A DNA stretch of 64,000 nucleotides from NCBI GenBank assembly GCA_001599295.1, contig BCGN01000001.1, positions 1,364,001 to 1,428,000 on the forward strand, written 5' to 3'. The notes beneath the pieces are model-generated. The model was not told the origin of the DNA. It ran no database searches and saw nothing but the letters and a program-made list of their open reading frames with translations. Positions 51,301 to 62,900 of the stretch are shown here, in pieces (positions within the stretch are counted from its first letter, which is position 1; every line of letters starts with the position of its first letter). Made by a program: the position numbers and the translations under genes. This DNA is from Sporopachydermia quercuum (taxonomy: Eukaryota).

Positions 51301-52553
51301 AAATAACTGTTCAATCGTTCGGTTTAATGTATAAGTTCTTGGAAGCAGTTTAGCACCAATAAACTCATCATTTTCAAATTCTTCATCTGATGAAGAGTTA
51401 TCATGAAACATCCTCGATCTTTCCAATTGTTGTTTTGTATGATGTTTCCAGAATGAAAATGTTCCATATCCAAGGACATATAATGTAAGTAGTGCTGTAT
51501 AAATCATTATAACTATGAAAGAAAAACATGGCATAATACCAACATGACAGGAACCCTGAATGCTAACAGGCGGAAGAACAGGACAGGATCGTTCACAATC
51601 AGGACACGCACATCGGTACTTCGGATCCTCACTATAACATTGTTTTGCTTCTAAATTCAATCGTTGAACTTCTTCAGGAATATCTGATCCCCAAGGAAAA
51701 TTCATTTGAAACGGTGATCCTCCAAGCATAGGTTTCTCATCACCCAAAAATTTTAGAAAAGAAGTATAATTTTTAGCACCACCACCAATTAAATCCATTG
51801 CATAACCATTTGTTGCTGAGAATTTAATTTCCTTACACGAATTGAAAAATCCTTCTCCAAATTGATCATCTAGATAATAGTTTAGTTCGGAAACTATTTT
51901 TTTACCACTTGTTGAGGTGGAGGTCGACATTATGTCAACGAATTGTGATTGATCAGGAGAACAAGTGAAATGACAGAACAGATCGTAAAAGTTCCGTTGA
52001 CAAGCAGGACATGAGGATATCAAATTATCAGCCTTTTTGAGATTTGTTCGTAAGTTGTTGATCTGTAATTATCATAAAATGTGAATGTTAGTTATCAAAA
52101 GATCACAGTACTCTTACTACAATACAATATCACCCGCCTACTAGCTAAGGTCTAACTAGTCATCACAACAAGAATCAAAAGCAGGAACTTACCTGGTCTT
52201 CATTGCAGCAAACTAGTCCTTGTTGCCACTCTTCTCCACATATTGAAACCAACAAGTCCCTTTCTTCTTTACTGGGCTCAACAGCATCAGTATTTGAAAC
52301 ACATGGCAAATCTGCTCCAAAGAATGACTTTTTCCCGCACTGAATGACTTTATGTTAGTATGATTGGTTCATTTTGAAGCACAAAATATTCATTTCTACT
52401 TATCAACAATCGGCCTGCTATTCACCTTGTTCAACTTACATTTCCATACATAGCACAGGTGTTCGGAGCATGAACTGGTGTTAATTCTGCCCCCAGGACA
52501 TTGAAAGTCCATAGAGTCCAGATTACACCTAGAATGATGAACTTGCCAACCAT
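48376..52553 (-). CDS. NCR1: Niemann-Pick C1-like sterol transporter; exons 52553-52440, 52339-52193, 52062-48376
   Basis: Signal peptide plus CAMYGNCGKKSFFG...LPC NTD, SSD motif PFLVLAVGVDNIF; both introns are phase 0. Confidence 0.95.
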
Positions 52554-53355
52554 CCTTCTTAAAAAGCTATACCAGCAAATGAGAATTTTCAATTAGCTTT
52601 CACAGCTGTATCCTAACAACCTGAGAAATAGCTGTAATAACGAAATTGTATCTTCAGAGTATATAAATCAATATTCTCTCCTTCAACTCACAATCAACAA
52701 TACAAACTGTAGCTGGGTTTGATACATCGTTTCTGGGTAAAAACTATCTGAGAGACAACCTTCAGTACTTCCTAAAACCAAAAGCCCAATTCTTCAATTT
52801 CTCGAATATTAGTATCATTAACGAAAACACATACGTATGTATACATACATTTATCTCACAATTATTAGTAAATGGCTTATGATGTATGAAACACTATAAT
52901 CGATGATGATAAATGATGTCTGAGTTTAATGTATGGGCGATAAGCCCACTATGATTTTCTCTTTGGGGTAAGGGAGGGGGTAGTTCGTGTGATTGGAAAA
53001 AGTAAATGATTATGTAACCAACGAGGGTATCTATCAAGAAGTGGGCAGGTAGGCAGTTGATTTATGCTACAATTACAATTGAGAATACAGATGACAGTAA
53101 TGTTGATAGAATTCTTAGAATGTGTCATTATACTCATTGATATATGTTGCTGATGGCGAAAGTAGTTTGTCTATATATCTAGATGTATGAAAGTAGAGTT
53201 TTGAGGTTCGAGTATATACATGAAGAGACTTGCTTCTTGTTGGAAGGGTGAGAATGGCTGTGGTTGTTTCAGCATATATGACAAGTAAATCTCGAATGAT
53301 CAGAAAGGTTCATTGTTGGCTGAATTTGTAGATTGTTCAAATCTAAAGGAACTGT

Positions 53356-55377
53356 CTATTTATCTTCTTTGAGCTTCTTCAGACGTTTCAGGTGTTCAGC
53401 TTCTCTTAAAATAATAATGTCTTTTTCAAGATTCCTGTTACTTCCTTTTAGTTGCCTCTTCTTCATTAATTCATAGTCACGTCGTTTTTCCTTCATTACC
53501 AAAATATCAGACACGCCGATGATTTTCTTGATTCTCTCCTTTTCCTCCGGTTCCATGTCTCTGCCAAAAGTCTGATTAGAAAGATTGATATTGGCAAATT
53601 TCTCACGCTTTTGCCCATCACCGGGAGTCATTCCAATAGCACTCATAAGTGTTTTCTTCTCTGGGCTGAATGTTTCAACACTAAACGTTGGTTCAAGATA
53701 CCAATTCATGTATAGTGAAAGGCTCTGCCATAGTTTTTCGTGCTCTGAAGTTGAAGTAAACTCCAGGGGGTTTAGGTGGTCATGCAATTCCCTTTCTCTC
53801 ACATCCCCCACTCTAATTTTCTTCACAAGTTTCGAATAACTCGATTTGAATAAACAACCAGGAAAGATCATCTTGGTATGCTTGACAATTGTTTCCACAG
53901 TAAATCTCCAGTTGGGAAATTTTCCCCTTGAACAGACGCTTGAAAGAAGGTTAGAATAGTTCAGTAAGTTTTCCCTCTGGACGTTATATTTAGTTTTAAC
54001 ACCCCAGAATATAGAGAATGCAAAATCAGGTCTTCTGGCTCGCGTACATAATGCTAGTAGTCTCGACATGAAGGGCTTTACTTTATCTGGACTGCTATTC
54101 TTAATGCAATAGTTTAATAGTTCCCATATTTTTTGTCCTTCATTGTCATTTATTAGTTTCTCGAAAACAACCTGCATCGTTTTTGGATCTTCCGCTACTC
54201 CTGGAGTTTCCTTCGCCCATTGAATCAATTTTTCACAGTCTAACGTTTCAATCATTGTTTCGGCTAGAACACCTAATAGATCATCCTCAATGGGAACTTG
54301 TAGATTTTGCATTGTTTTGATAAAGGATAGTTTTGCTGATGTAGATACCACCATTTTTAAAGTGTATGCCCATGTGTTAGAATCAGCTGAGATATTTTTT
54401 CGGGCCATGTCTTCAAAAACACTAACGGCTGACTGAAAAACATTGGTAAGATGCGGCCTTTTAGCAGAGTGATATATCATATAAAGTATTGAGTTGTAGG
54501 TATCAGTATTGAGAGGAATACCATCTAATTTCATGAATGTGATTAAATTTCTTGCAAATGCAAAGTTGTTCTTGCGAACGTAGTAACGGATAGCAAAATT
54601 ATACGACATGGTGGTACGGAAAGGCTTTGTCTTGCTATTGCAAATATCTAACAGTTCTCGTATCAATTTGCTTTCAGTTCTGCCTTTATCGCTGGCAAAA
54701 AATTTATGATGCGTTAAATAGTAGATCAGAGTATCGAACGATTCTTGAGTGAAACTCTCCGGTATCTCAGGAGGAAAACTGAACATTCCAGGATGAGTGT
54801 TGTAAGTTAGAAAAGCATTCTTTTTGATTTCTGCTATCTTACTTTTAAACATTACGCTATTACCATTTCTACTATCAAAAAGATTTGGCTCTTTTGGTGT
54901 TAATTGGTACAGTCTTGCCAGAAGCTTCCTTATATGTTCTTCATTGTTCTGTTCATATAACTCCATGTTCTGTCCCCTATCTATCCGTTTCCGTTGGAAA
55001 GCCTCGTCTATATAATATTTTGTTCCGTGCATCTTCTTCTGTTGATTATGCGTAAGGGTCATATATGCTAATCTTGTTAAGTTTGCATCATCTCCAAACA
55101 GACTTGCAGCCTCCTCTAAAACCTCCTTAAGGTAATCAGTTACACTTGCACCCTCAGCTGGAAGTCTTATCTTTGATTCTTTAACCTCATCTTCGCATTG
55201 ATCTTTGCCTCGAGGCTTAATATAACTTCCTGCTTTAATATTTATGATGTCTGTCCTGTTATTTTCAGAAATAGTACTTACTAGTCTGGCCGCTTGAGTC
55301 TGATATATAATTTGACAGTTCTTCACTCGTAGCAATCTCCCTTGTCCCACATGTCTACACTTGCTTCTGATCATCAT
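53356..55377 (-). CDS. AEP3: Mitochondrial PPR protein, Aep3-like
   Basis: Presequence-like N-terminus; PPR-type repeats SYNFAIRYY...FARNLITFMKLDGIPLNTDTYNSIL. Orthology is by recalled similarity only. Confidence 0.55.
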   Translation of the reverse strand: MMIRSKCRHVGQGRLLRVKNCQIIYQTQAARLVSTISENNRTDIINIKAGSYIKPRGKDQCEDEVKESKIRLPAEGASVTDYLKEVLEEAASLFGDDANLTRLAYMTLTHNQQKKMHGTKYYIDEAFQRKRIDRGQNMELYEQNNEEHIRKLLARLYQLTPKEPNLFDSRNGNSVMFKSKIAEIKKNAFLTYNTHPGMFSFPPEIPESFTQESFDTLIYYLTHHKFFASDKGRTESKLIRELLDICNSKTKPFRTTMSYNFAIRYYVRKNNFAFARNLITFMKLDGIPLNTDTYNSILYMIYHSAKRPHLTNVFQSAVSVFEDMARKNISADSNTWAYTLKMVVSTSAKLSFIKTMQNLQVPIEDDLLGVLAETMIETLDCEKLIQWAKETPGVAEDPKTMQVVFEKLINDNEGQKIWELLNYCIKNSSPDKVKPFMSRLLALCTRARRPDFAFSIFWGVKTKYNVQRENLLNYSNLLSSVCSRGKFPNWRFTVETIVKHTKMIFPGCLFKSSYSKLVKKIRVGDVRERELHDHLNPLEFTSTSEHEKLWQSLSLYMNWYLEPTFSVETFSPEKKTLMSAIGMTPGDGQKREKFANINLSNQTFGRDMEPEEKERIKKIIGVSDILVMKEKRRDYELMKKRQLKGSNRNLEKDIIILREAEHLKRLKKLKEDK

Positions 55378-56123
55378 TTTTATTCAGACATGCTACTATC
55401 AATATTTCTATATTTCCATTGTAACAAATTGGGAAAGTGACGTATCATACTATTCGTCATTTCCATATTTCAAATATTCAGGTGTTGAGTAATGGTGTAA
55501 GCAATATACCAACAGCAGAGCAGAAACAATAGGTTCCATTAATACAAACGTCAAATGGGGATCATTAGGGTTTTCTGGCTTCGGGTTTAAATTAAGAAGA
55601 GAGATAGAGAAAAGTTTCACGAGGGTGTTTCGCTAGATGTTTAGAATAGCGGAAACCATCTGAGAAGTTTGACGTATGATGAAGCTACAAGTGTAAAGTG
55701 TGCAACTTGCCGAGAGCTCAGTTGGGATGAAGACTTTTTATAGCTAGACAAGAGCAAACTCAGAAAAGACTCAAAAGACAGTTGTAGGTTTTATTAGAAA
55801 TACTTTCAATATAGTATAATGTTCAGTGCATGATCACTGGACTAATTCCAGATATTACTGTCGGCTTTTTGTCTAACATTATCTACATTACGTCTCGTTA
55901 CACAGTTTTGTGCTTACATCATCCAATAAACATTGATTAATATTCATTCTAGTAAAAATTTTCGAGCTAGACTTGCTTCTTTATCTTGCATGATAACAGA
56001 TGGATTTATGAAGTTAAGGTATACAATGAGTACCAGTTGAAGAGTTCGTCAAAAGAAAAGGATACGTTGGTGGCATATTGTCTGAATAAAGGATTGATCG
56101 CTGATATAGAAAGAAGAATCAAG

Positions 56124-56432
56124 ATGAACAGAGAAGCATTTGTCCCTCCCAATGCCAACCAAGGTGACTTCATGTCAGGAAGCATGAAGTCATATGGTGT
56201 GAAGTATATGTGCGGTGACTGTGGTGCATTATTTACTTTGAATAAAGGCGATGCTGTGAGATGTAAAGAATGTGGACATCGTATCTTGTACAAAGCTCGT
56301 ACTAGAAGAATGGGTATGTAATGAAAAGCTATTAGGAGGCAAGCCTGGAAGAAGGTTATTATTGTTGTTACGAATTCGAAGGACATGTTTAACTAACATG
56401 ATCATGAAATAGTTCAATTTGAAGCACGATAA
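56124..56432 (+). CDS. RPC10: RNA polymerase I/II/III shared subunit Rpb12; intron 56314-56412
   Basis: YMCGDCG...VRCKECGHRILYKARTRRM spliced to VQFEAR*; GTATGT, AACTAAC and TAG signals. Confidence 0.95.
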
Positions 56433-57370
56433 GGTAGATGCTGAGTAAAATTTGAGTCGGTGTGTGGTATTGGTAGAGATTTTTGCTGGCTTGTGATTCC
56501 AGGAGTTGTAAACATAAAGGAATAGTTGGTTGATGACTGGCTTTTGGGCAGCTTGTTTCAACGTTACCTTTAACAGGTAGAAGAAGAAAGGAAACGAGGT
56601 AGTGCATAAAGAAATCAAAACGTGTATTTTAAGGCATAAAAATAAGCTTACAGTTCATAAGCTGCAATGAATTATTGAAGTGACAAAAGCATGGCTCGGG
56701 AACATAATAATTCGAAGAATGCAAATGAACTTATTTAGTATCCAGTAGTATTTGAATTGGGAGAACCTTTTCAATATAATTTATATAAATTTTTAATGAT
56801 ACTCTTAAAAAATTGTAACTAATCGAAAGAAGTACATCCGAAGAGCCATGCTCGTTCCTTCATAGAATTTGGTCTCAGTTATGGATCACAGGATAATCCA
56901 TACCATCGTAGCTTAGTAGCCATATCTGAACTGAGTTCATTGTCTGCGAGACATCTCCAACAAATACTGTTCTCATCTTCATAGACTAAACTAACTAAAC
57001 TATCATTATCCTCTATCAATTTATTATATCATATCTTCCTTGTTTATCACTTGCCTCTCGATATGTCGAGTTTACTATTTTTGATGACCTAAACATATTA
57101 TTTACTTTGGCCTCTCTTGAGACAAATTTATTCTGAAATATACTGATACTGCGTAAAGTTCATCCTGTAAGTTTTTCATTACAGTTTTTCCCAATCTTTA
57201 TATAAATGGCTCTAAATTTGCTGGTTCTCTTTCTTTCTCCTTCTTCTTATTAAGGAGAAAATATAAATTGAGAATAATCGAACTTATGCACTTTGCATAA
57301 CCGTAGGCAACAATTCTGCAGAGGAGTACCTTCTGAAGTAAATTGGAGTTTTATCTTCTTTTATTAAGTG

Positions 57371-57564
57371 GTATGTTAATATTGGAACTCTTTCAGTCTA
57401 AGATATGTTTCAATATGACGAGAAAAGTTTGCTGTGCACCAGTCCGATAGGGAAGTACTCTCCCTTCTATGAGGTTATTCAAATATACCCAAATTTCTGA
57501 TCCAAAAACTATCTTAGACTCAACTTTCGTTCAGGCTATGAATTTGTTTACTAACTTTTATTAG
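57371..57564 (+). other. Spliceosomal intron of a putative non-coding snoRNA host transcript
   Basis: GTATGT 57371, TACTAAC 57549-57555, TAG 57562-57564; TATATAAA at 57199-57206; no flanking ORF. Confidence 0.8.
57411..57503 (+). ncRNA. SNR40: Box C/D snoRNA, snR40-like, intron-encoded
   Basis: Box C ATGACGA 57415-57421, D' CCGA 57444-57447, C' ATGAGG 57469-57474, D CTGA 57497-57500. Guides GCTGTGCACCA (antisense to 18S UGGUGCAUGGC) and TATACCCAAATT (antisense to 25S AAUUUGGGUAUA). Confidence 0.88.
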
Positions 57565-58055
57565 AGTCATTAGTCTGTTGGAAGAATGAGCTGTTGCTGA
57601 CTCGAAAGTCAAGCCAATAAATAGTGCATGTGTAAAACTGTGAATAGCTGTAAAAGCAATATATAAGCTGTTTCAATTGTCGGTTAAATTTTTCAGTTTC
57701 AATTGAGAGTAATTCGTCAGATCATATTAGTGAGTTCCCAACAAATGGGCAAACAAAAACACTGAAATTCTATAACCAAATGCGTATAAATAATATGCTC
57801 TTCTACAGGGGAAAAAAGAAGGCTTATTTGCAGCAAGGAAGTAAATCTGCTGGTCTTTTCCTTCTGTTGAAGTAACTTCTAAAATTATACACCTACAATG
57901 CTATCAAGTCATTCATACATGAAATCATAAATTATATTACGTCTCTAAAATCTATTTGTACATAATTCTAACCCAAAACCGATTATCCATGAAAGATAAT
58001 ATCCCAAAAATTCTTTTTCATCTTTCTTTATTCTTTTATATTGTGATAGTTTAGT

Positions 58056-59129
58056 CTAGATTGCCATTTCGTAAGAATTGAGTAGACTGATGTCCCTTAT
58101 AGGCATAAGTGGTTTCTGGCTGCACAGTGCTTGATTGTAAACTTCAGGCTTCATATAGACAGGAGCCTGGAAAGGAATGCTGCCTGGGGTATCGAAATCT
58201 TCCGGCGATGTAGCTGCCGAAGAAACTGAAGCGTAAGAGGAAGTTGATGAAACGGAGGAAATTGATAATGTATTCGATAGGTTTCTTCTTGGTTGTGGAT
58301 ACTCTATAGGACCATAAGAGTATGAAGGTCTTCTTTGATGTGTGTAGTTGTGAACTCTTGGACCTGTTCTTGGAGAGACAGGTGAATGTGGTAAGCTCTT
58401 TCCGCCTTTATTGAAACGGAGGTTGGTATTGAAGCATGGTCTATCAAAAGGTTGCTTATGAGCCCCGCTATTCTCAGAATGATTTCTAGTTTGATGGGTG
58501 CCTGATGAGTTCGAAGAAAGTCTCCTTTTGAATTCAGCACTTCTTCTCAAGTCACCTTTGATGGGCTCTAAGAAAGGTCTAAAGTGTGCATATAATTCGG
58601 CCTCAGAAAAAGTAACATTCCAGCCAATGCAATTCAAAAACTGTCTTTCCATAAGATTCACATCTTCAACTGAGAAAAGGCCGTCAGTATATTGTGCCCA
58701 GTGGCAGTTCTTAGGAGATGAATCATTGAGATTCTTAGCAGCAATTATTAGGCAGGATAAGAATATTCTATGGCAAGTTTCATGATGACCTCTTGTATTA
58801 GGAGGCAAACATTTCTTGAATCTATACAACAACACTAAAGTTGACATTAATGTTCCTGTGTAGACATGTGAATGGTTAACTAAGTTAACAATGAAAGTCA
58901 TGAGAGATGGATAAGCTTTTGATGAATTGTCAACACTCTCAGAGTCATGACTTGGTGATGCAGGAGGGGAAGGATAACAAGAAGTACTTGATGGTTGAGA
59001 GAAAGCATTTGAACAAATAGATTCATTCTTTGGTCGAACAACCTTTAATGTAGCGCCAACTAGGTGCTGAATCATATCATTGGTAACGGGAGACTGAACA
59101 AACAGTCTAAGAGCAGCTTTATCGGACAT
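58056..59129 (-). CDS. Pho85 cyclin, Pcl1/Pcl2 subfamily
   Basis: Cyclin box HRIFLSCLIIAAKNLNDSSPKNCHWAQYTDGLFSVEDVNLMERQFL; S/P-rich tail; ATG 59129. Confidence 0.9.
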   Translation of the reverse strand: MSDKAALRLFVQSPVTNDMIQHLVGATLKVVRPKNESICSNAFSQPSSTSCYPSPPASPSHDSESVDNSSKAYPSLMTFIVNLVNHSHVYTGTLMSTLVLLYRFKKCLPPNTRGHHETCHRIFLSCLIIAAKNLNDSSPKNCHWAQYTDGLFSVEDVNLMERQFLNCIGWNVTFSEAELYAHFRPFLEPIKGDLRRSAEFKRRLSSNSSGTHQTRNHSENSGAHKQPFDRPCFNTNLRFNKGGKSLPHSPVSPRTGPRVHNYTHQRRPSYSYGPIEYPQPRRNLSNTLSISSVSSTSSYASVSSAATSPEDFDTPGSIPFQAPVYMKPEVYNQALCSQKPLMPIRDISLLNSYEMAI

Positions 59130-59502
59130 CTTGATCAAGTAGACTGTTGTGTGAATGTAAGTGATAGCAAGTAAAGGATCAATTGTCCACTGTTATGGTT
59201 GATTAGTTGTTTTGAAGCAATGATGCGGTATTAGCATTGGTTGTTATCAAAGAATTGAAGAGATGAACCCAGATATTTATCTAAAAGATGAATAGATGAT
59301 CGAAAGAAAGAACATGAAGTAAACACGAATTTGACAACCAAAAGAAGTAATTTGATTTAGTCAAGTTAGTATGTATTGAAATTTGACCAGAATGGAATGT
59401 TAATTAAAATACCGTGTCAAGCATTATACTTTTCGCTTAATATTTTTGTCGATTTTGAGAATTAGCTTGGAGTAAATTCTGACGTGTTTTTAGTTTAGTT
59501 TG

Positions 59503-59746
59503 ACGCGTGTTTGGAATTTTGTTGTTCTCGAACTTAAATTTTTAGTTTGATTGGGATAACTTTAATGTCTTATCCAAGTGAGTCCTGAAGTTGAAGCTGA
59601 TATTGAAATCACTTAAAGGACAATAAATAATGTTACTGGTAGATATGATGATATAAAGCGAGAAAACTAGTATCAAAAAATGCTCACTAGTAGATTGAAT
59701 ATGTGATTTCTTGTGATTTTTGAGTGATGGTAATAAAGGTTTCGTG
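59503..59746. promoter_or_regulatory. MCB (ACGCGT, 59503-59508) and SCB (CACGAAA on minus, 59740-59746) G1/S elements upstream of the Pcl cyclin
   Basis: Exact consensus matches upstream of a cyclin family known to be G1-regulated. Confidence 0.45.
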
Positions 59747-59944
59747 CTTCAAGGTGAGAAACTCGAATGAATGCAAATTTTTGATTGGTTGATGTGTGAT
59801 GTGAATCAATACATTACTATGCAAATATGAATTATGGGGACTCTTCAGTGACTGAATTCCAATCCAACATGAGTGAGATTGTTCATCGAAACCTGGTTAG
59901 GTAGCTATTGATAAAGTAGTTTGGTAGATAAAAGGATTATTTTG

Positions 59945-59963
59945 TATATATATATATATATAT
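59945..59963. repeat. (TA)n microsatellite
   Basis: About 9 TA units read directly. Confidence 0.85.
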
Positions 59964-62900
59964 GACCTGTTAACAATTTCCTGCTATCATCATGGGTAAA
60001 ACTAAGTGTGGAAACTTAAAATTTACTGTTTAAAACTATCACCCAAAAGAAGTTTAATTTTAAACCTTCGTGCTATTTTTTATTATCGGTCAATGCTAGC
60101 TTTGATGCCTTGCATAAATTTCTGTAATAAACACTAATAAAGTTCTTTTGACGTGGACAATTTTTCATGCTTAGAGTTGAACTTTGTTCTCAAAATCGCT
60201 AAAAAATAGTTCATACTCAAATTGGTAAAGAACCGTTTCACATTTTTCAAAAGCTAAATAATATTTTTTTCTCTCCAACTTTAGTCCAATAATTCAGCTG
60301 ATGCTTCATGATTCATAAAGTTAAAAATCAAAATTACTTCCCCATACAGTAAAGTTCTTGAACGTTTTCGGTTAGTTACATCTTCTCCTCTGACTGTTGA
60401 GACATAAGGAGAATACGATATGACTCAGCAAATTGCCTTGTGGACTCACGCAAGACACCTATCCGAGAGGAGAAGAGCAATCGAAAATCTGTTTTAAGCA
60501 TATTAATCACATGAATAACAGATGAAAAATTACCATATACACTTTAATCATGTTGATATATATAGCTTTTTATCAACGTAGTAGTTAAGACCTCAATCTT
60601 AACTCTTTCACTGAGTGAATTGATGTTCAACTTTAAGAAGGACTATGTTCTTCAAAACTACCAAGCCTTAACTGGTGATAAATTTTGAGTCATCAAATTA
60701 TGGCTGATGACAACAGGTTCCATTTCAGCAAACGGTTTACAACGCCTTACAACTATTGCTGCCGAAATTATTCATTCCCTAGTAAACGCTAAAAGAAAAA
60801 AAGAAGATTTAATCATCTGTAGCTAACCTAATAACAGTCTTTCTCGATCTTAGGAATTGATAGATAGTGTATCACAAATTACAAAATAAGCTGAAATAGA
60901 TTAAATGTTCTAGCCATATTTCTTTCCTTTCTCCCTCAGTTTGACTGAAAATTGTATTTCTGTAGGACATCTTGATTGATTTAAACCCGATCAAATAAGA
61001 ATAAACGATATTTTATTGTCGTAGTGGCTCATTGTCAAGTAAAATGTATTCATCTCACAGCAACGCAAAATATCGATCCATCCGAAGAAGGGTAATCATA
61101 TGGCCAACTATTCAAGTGAGCAATCCTTCAGCTGTTTCAAGAGAGGTACATCAATTATCTTCTAAAGTTAAGGTTTAGTAAACTCCATGTTCAAAACACC
61201 TTAATTAAAGTTTGAGAGTTAGAAGTTTATATTGATATTCATTTGAATGATGATTTATGATTACACACTATTACATTATCCGAGGTTTGAATATGCTAGA
61301 GGCTGTTCCTGAAACGATCAAACAATAGCTACATCTGTCTACAAAATAGCAATTATTTGGATAGTGGTTCCAACACAGCAATTATCTTTCGAACCAGTAT
61401 TGTAACTATGTTAACTGGGAATACCGGGAATAGAGTAAATTATATGGACGGCTAACCTAATCATTTTACTTACAATTCTCTTAATAAATCATATCGTTTG
61501 TTCGTTTCAATTGTATTTACTCCTGAAAACTGGTAACTAAATATTGCCTCAATTAATGTGATTTTCCGTTAAAATATAATCTTTTGATTAGTATTATTTC
61601 AAAGTGTTTCCTCTAGTTATTTGAATAATAAATAGCAAGAAACTGATTGGGCTACCGGTACTATCACTATCATAAATGGAAGGCATCACTTTAGGCTAGC
61701 CTTTCTTTTTTCAATTGTATATGCTTCTGAAAATAAACAAAAAGAGGGCGGATCAGTGAATTGTGGAAAAAGCATTTTTGTTAGTTATACTTCATTTGTT
61801 GATAGCTTTTCTAACTAAAATATCGAATGAAGTAATGTAGTAACAAACAGTAAATTTAGAAGTTATTTGGAACTGAGTTTATGGAATTATATACCTCTGG
61901 CAGTCAACTATGAAAGTGGGATCAACCTTATAAATTTCTGCGACTATTCTCCACCAAAAATTGCCATTCGCTCCCTAAACATTTCTAAATTGAAACATTT
62001 CAACAGGACCCGGCTTCAGTTTTTTGAATGGGCTGTATTATATTTTATAATATTCTGTATTCATGGAACTCCTACTTCGCTTAAGTGAAGTTACTGCTCA
62101 TCGGTTTCAAGTACGTTTAGACGCTTAAAAAAGATGATCCTCCAAAAGAAAGCCATCTAAAAGTTTACTCAGCTTACAAATAAAGTTTATATTATAAATA
62201 AACGTTGGAGTAACCTAAAATGAACCACTATTTTGAGTCAACCTAAACAATTAATAATAACTTCATACAAACTAATTATCAATCATTATTAAAAATTAAG
62301 GTTTCTCCTTTCTCAAAACTTATATAAACATTGCTCAATTGACGCATTGGCTCAATATCATTATCATCTAATGCGCTCGAACAATATGAGATGAATTTAT
62401 GTAGAAAAAAACTGAAAACAAGAAGAATCAAAATGTTTTGAGACATATAATCCATATGTTCTGAGATGCGTGTGCAACAAATCAGTTTATTATGAGGTAA
62501 AAGTAAAAGAATAATAGACAGTTTATCGCCTCAGTATATGCTTGTAATAATGTCAAACGACGTACAACCAAGAACCACAGACCCTGGCAGATCAAAATAT
62601 ACAATACAATTAGTAGAGATTGAGAGAGGGATGACTGAGACTATTATATATTCATTATATATTTTTGAGAGGACGGAAAAAAATGTTGTTATCTATTTTG
62701 TATGAAAGTTCTTCATGAAAAGTGTCCATAATATCATTGATAAATGATAAAGATAAACGTGAGACATCCTCAACTTTCATTATCATTTTCAACGTTCTAT
62801 TTTGTTCTATTATTTAAGACTGTTGTTTCACAGTTATATATTTACCCCAGGCCAAGAGATTTAGTTTAAGTTGATACGTACAAATTGGTGTTTTTGATAA

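Noticed and set aside
55986..56123. N-terminal extension of Rpb12 from a TTG start, and overlapping antisense ORFs 56006-56618
   Set aside because: Rpb12 homology starts at ATG 56124; the others are shadow ORFs.
59365..59371. Orphan minus-strand TACTAAC upstream of the Pcl cyclin (possible 5' UTR intron)
   Set aside because: No nearby YAG at the short spacing seen in other introns here, and no clear donor.
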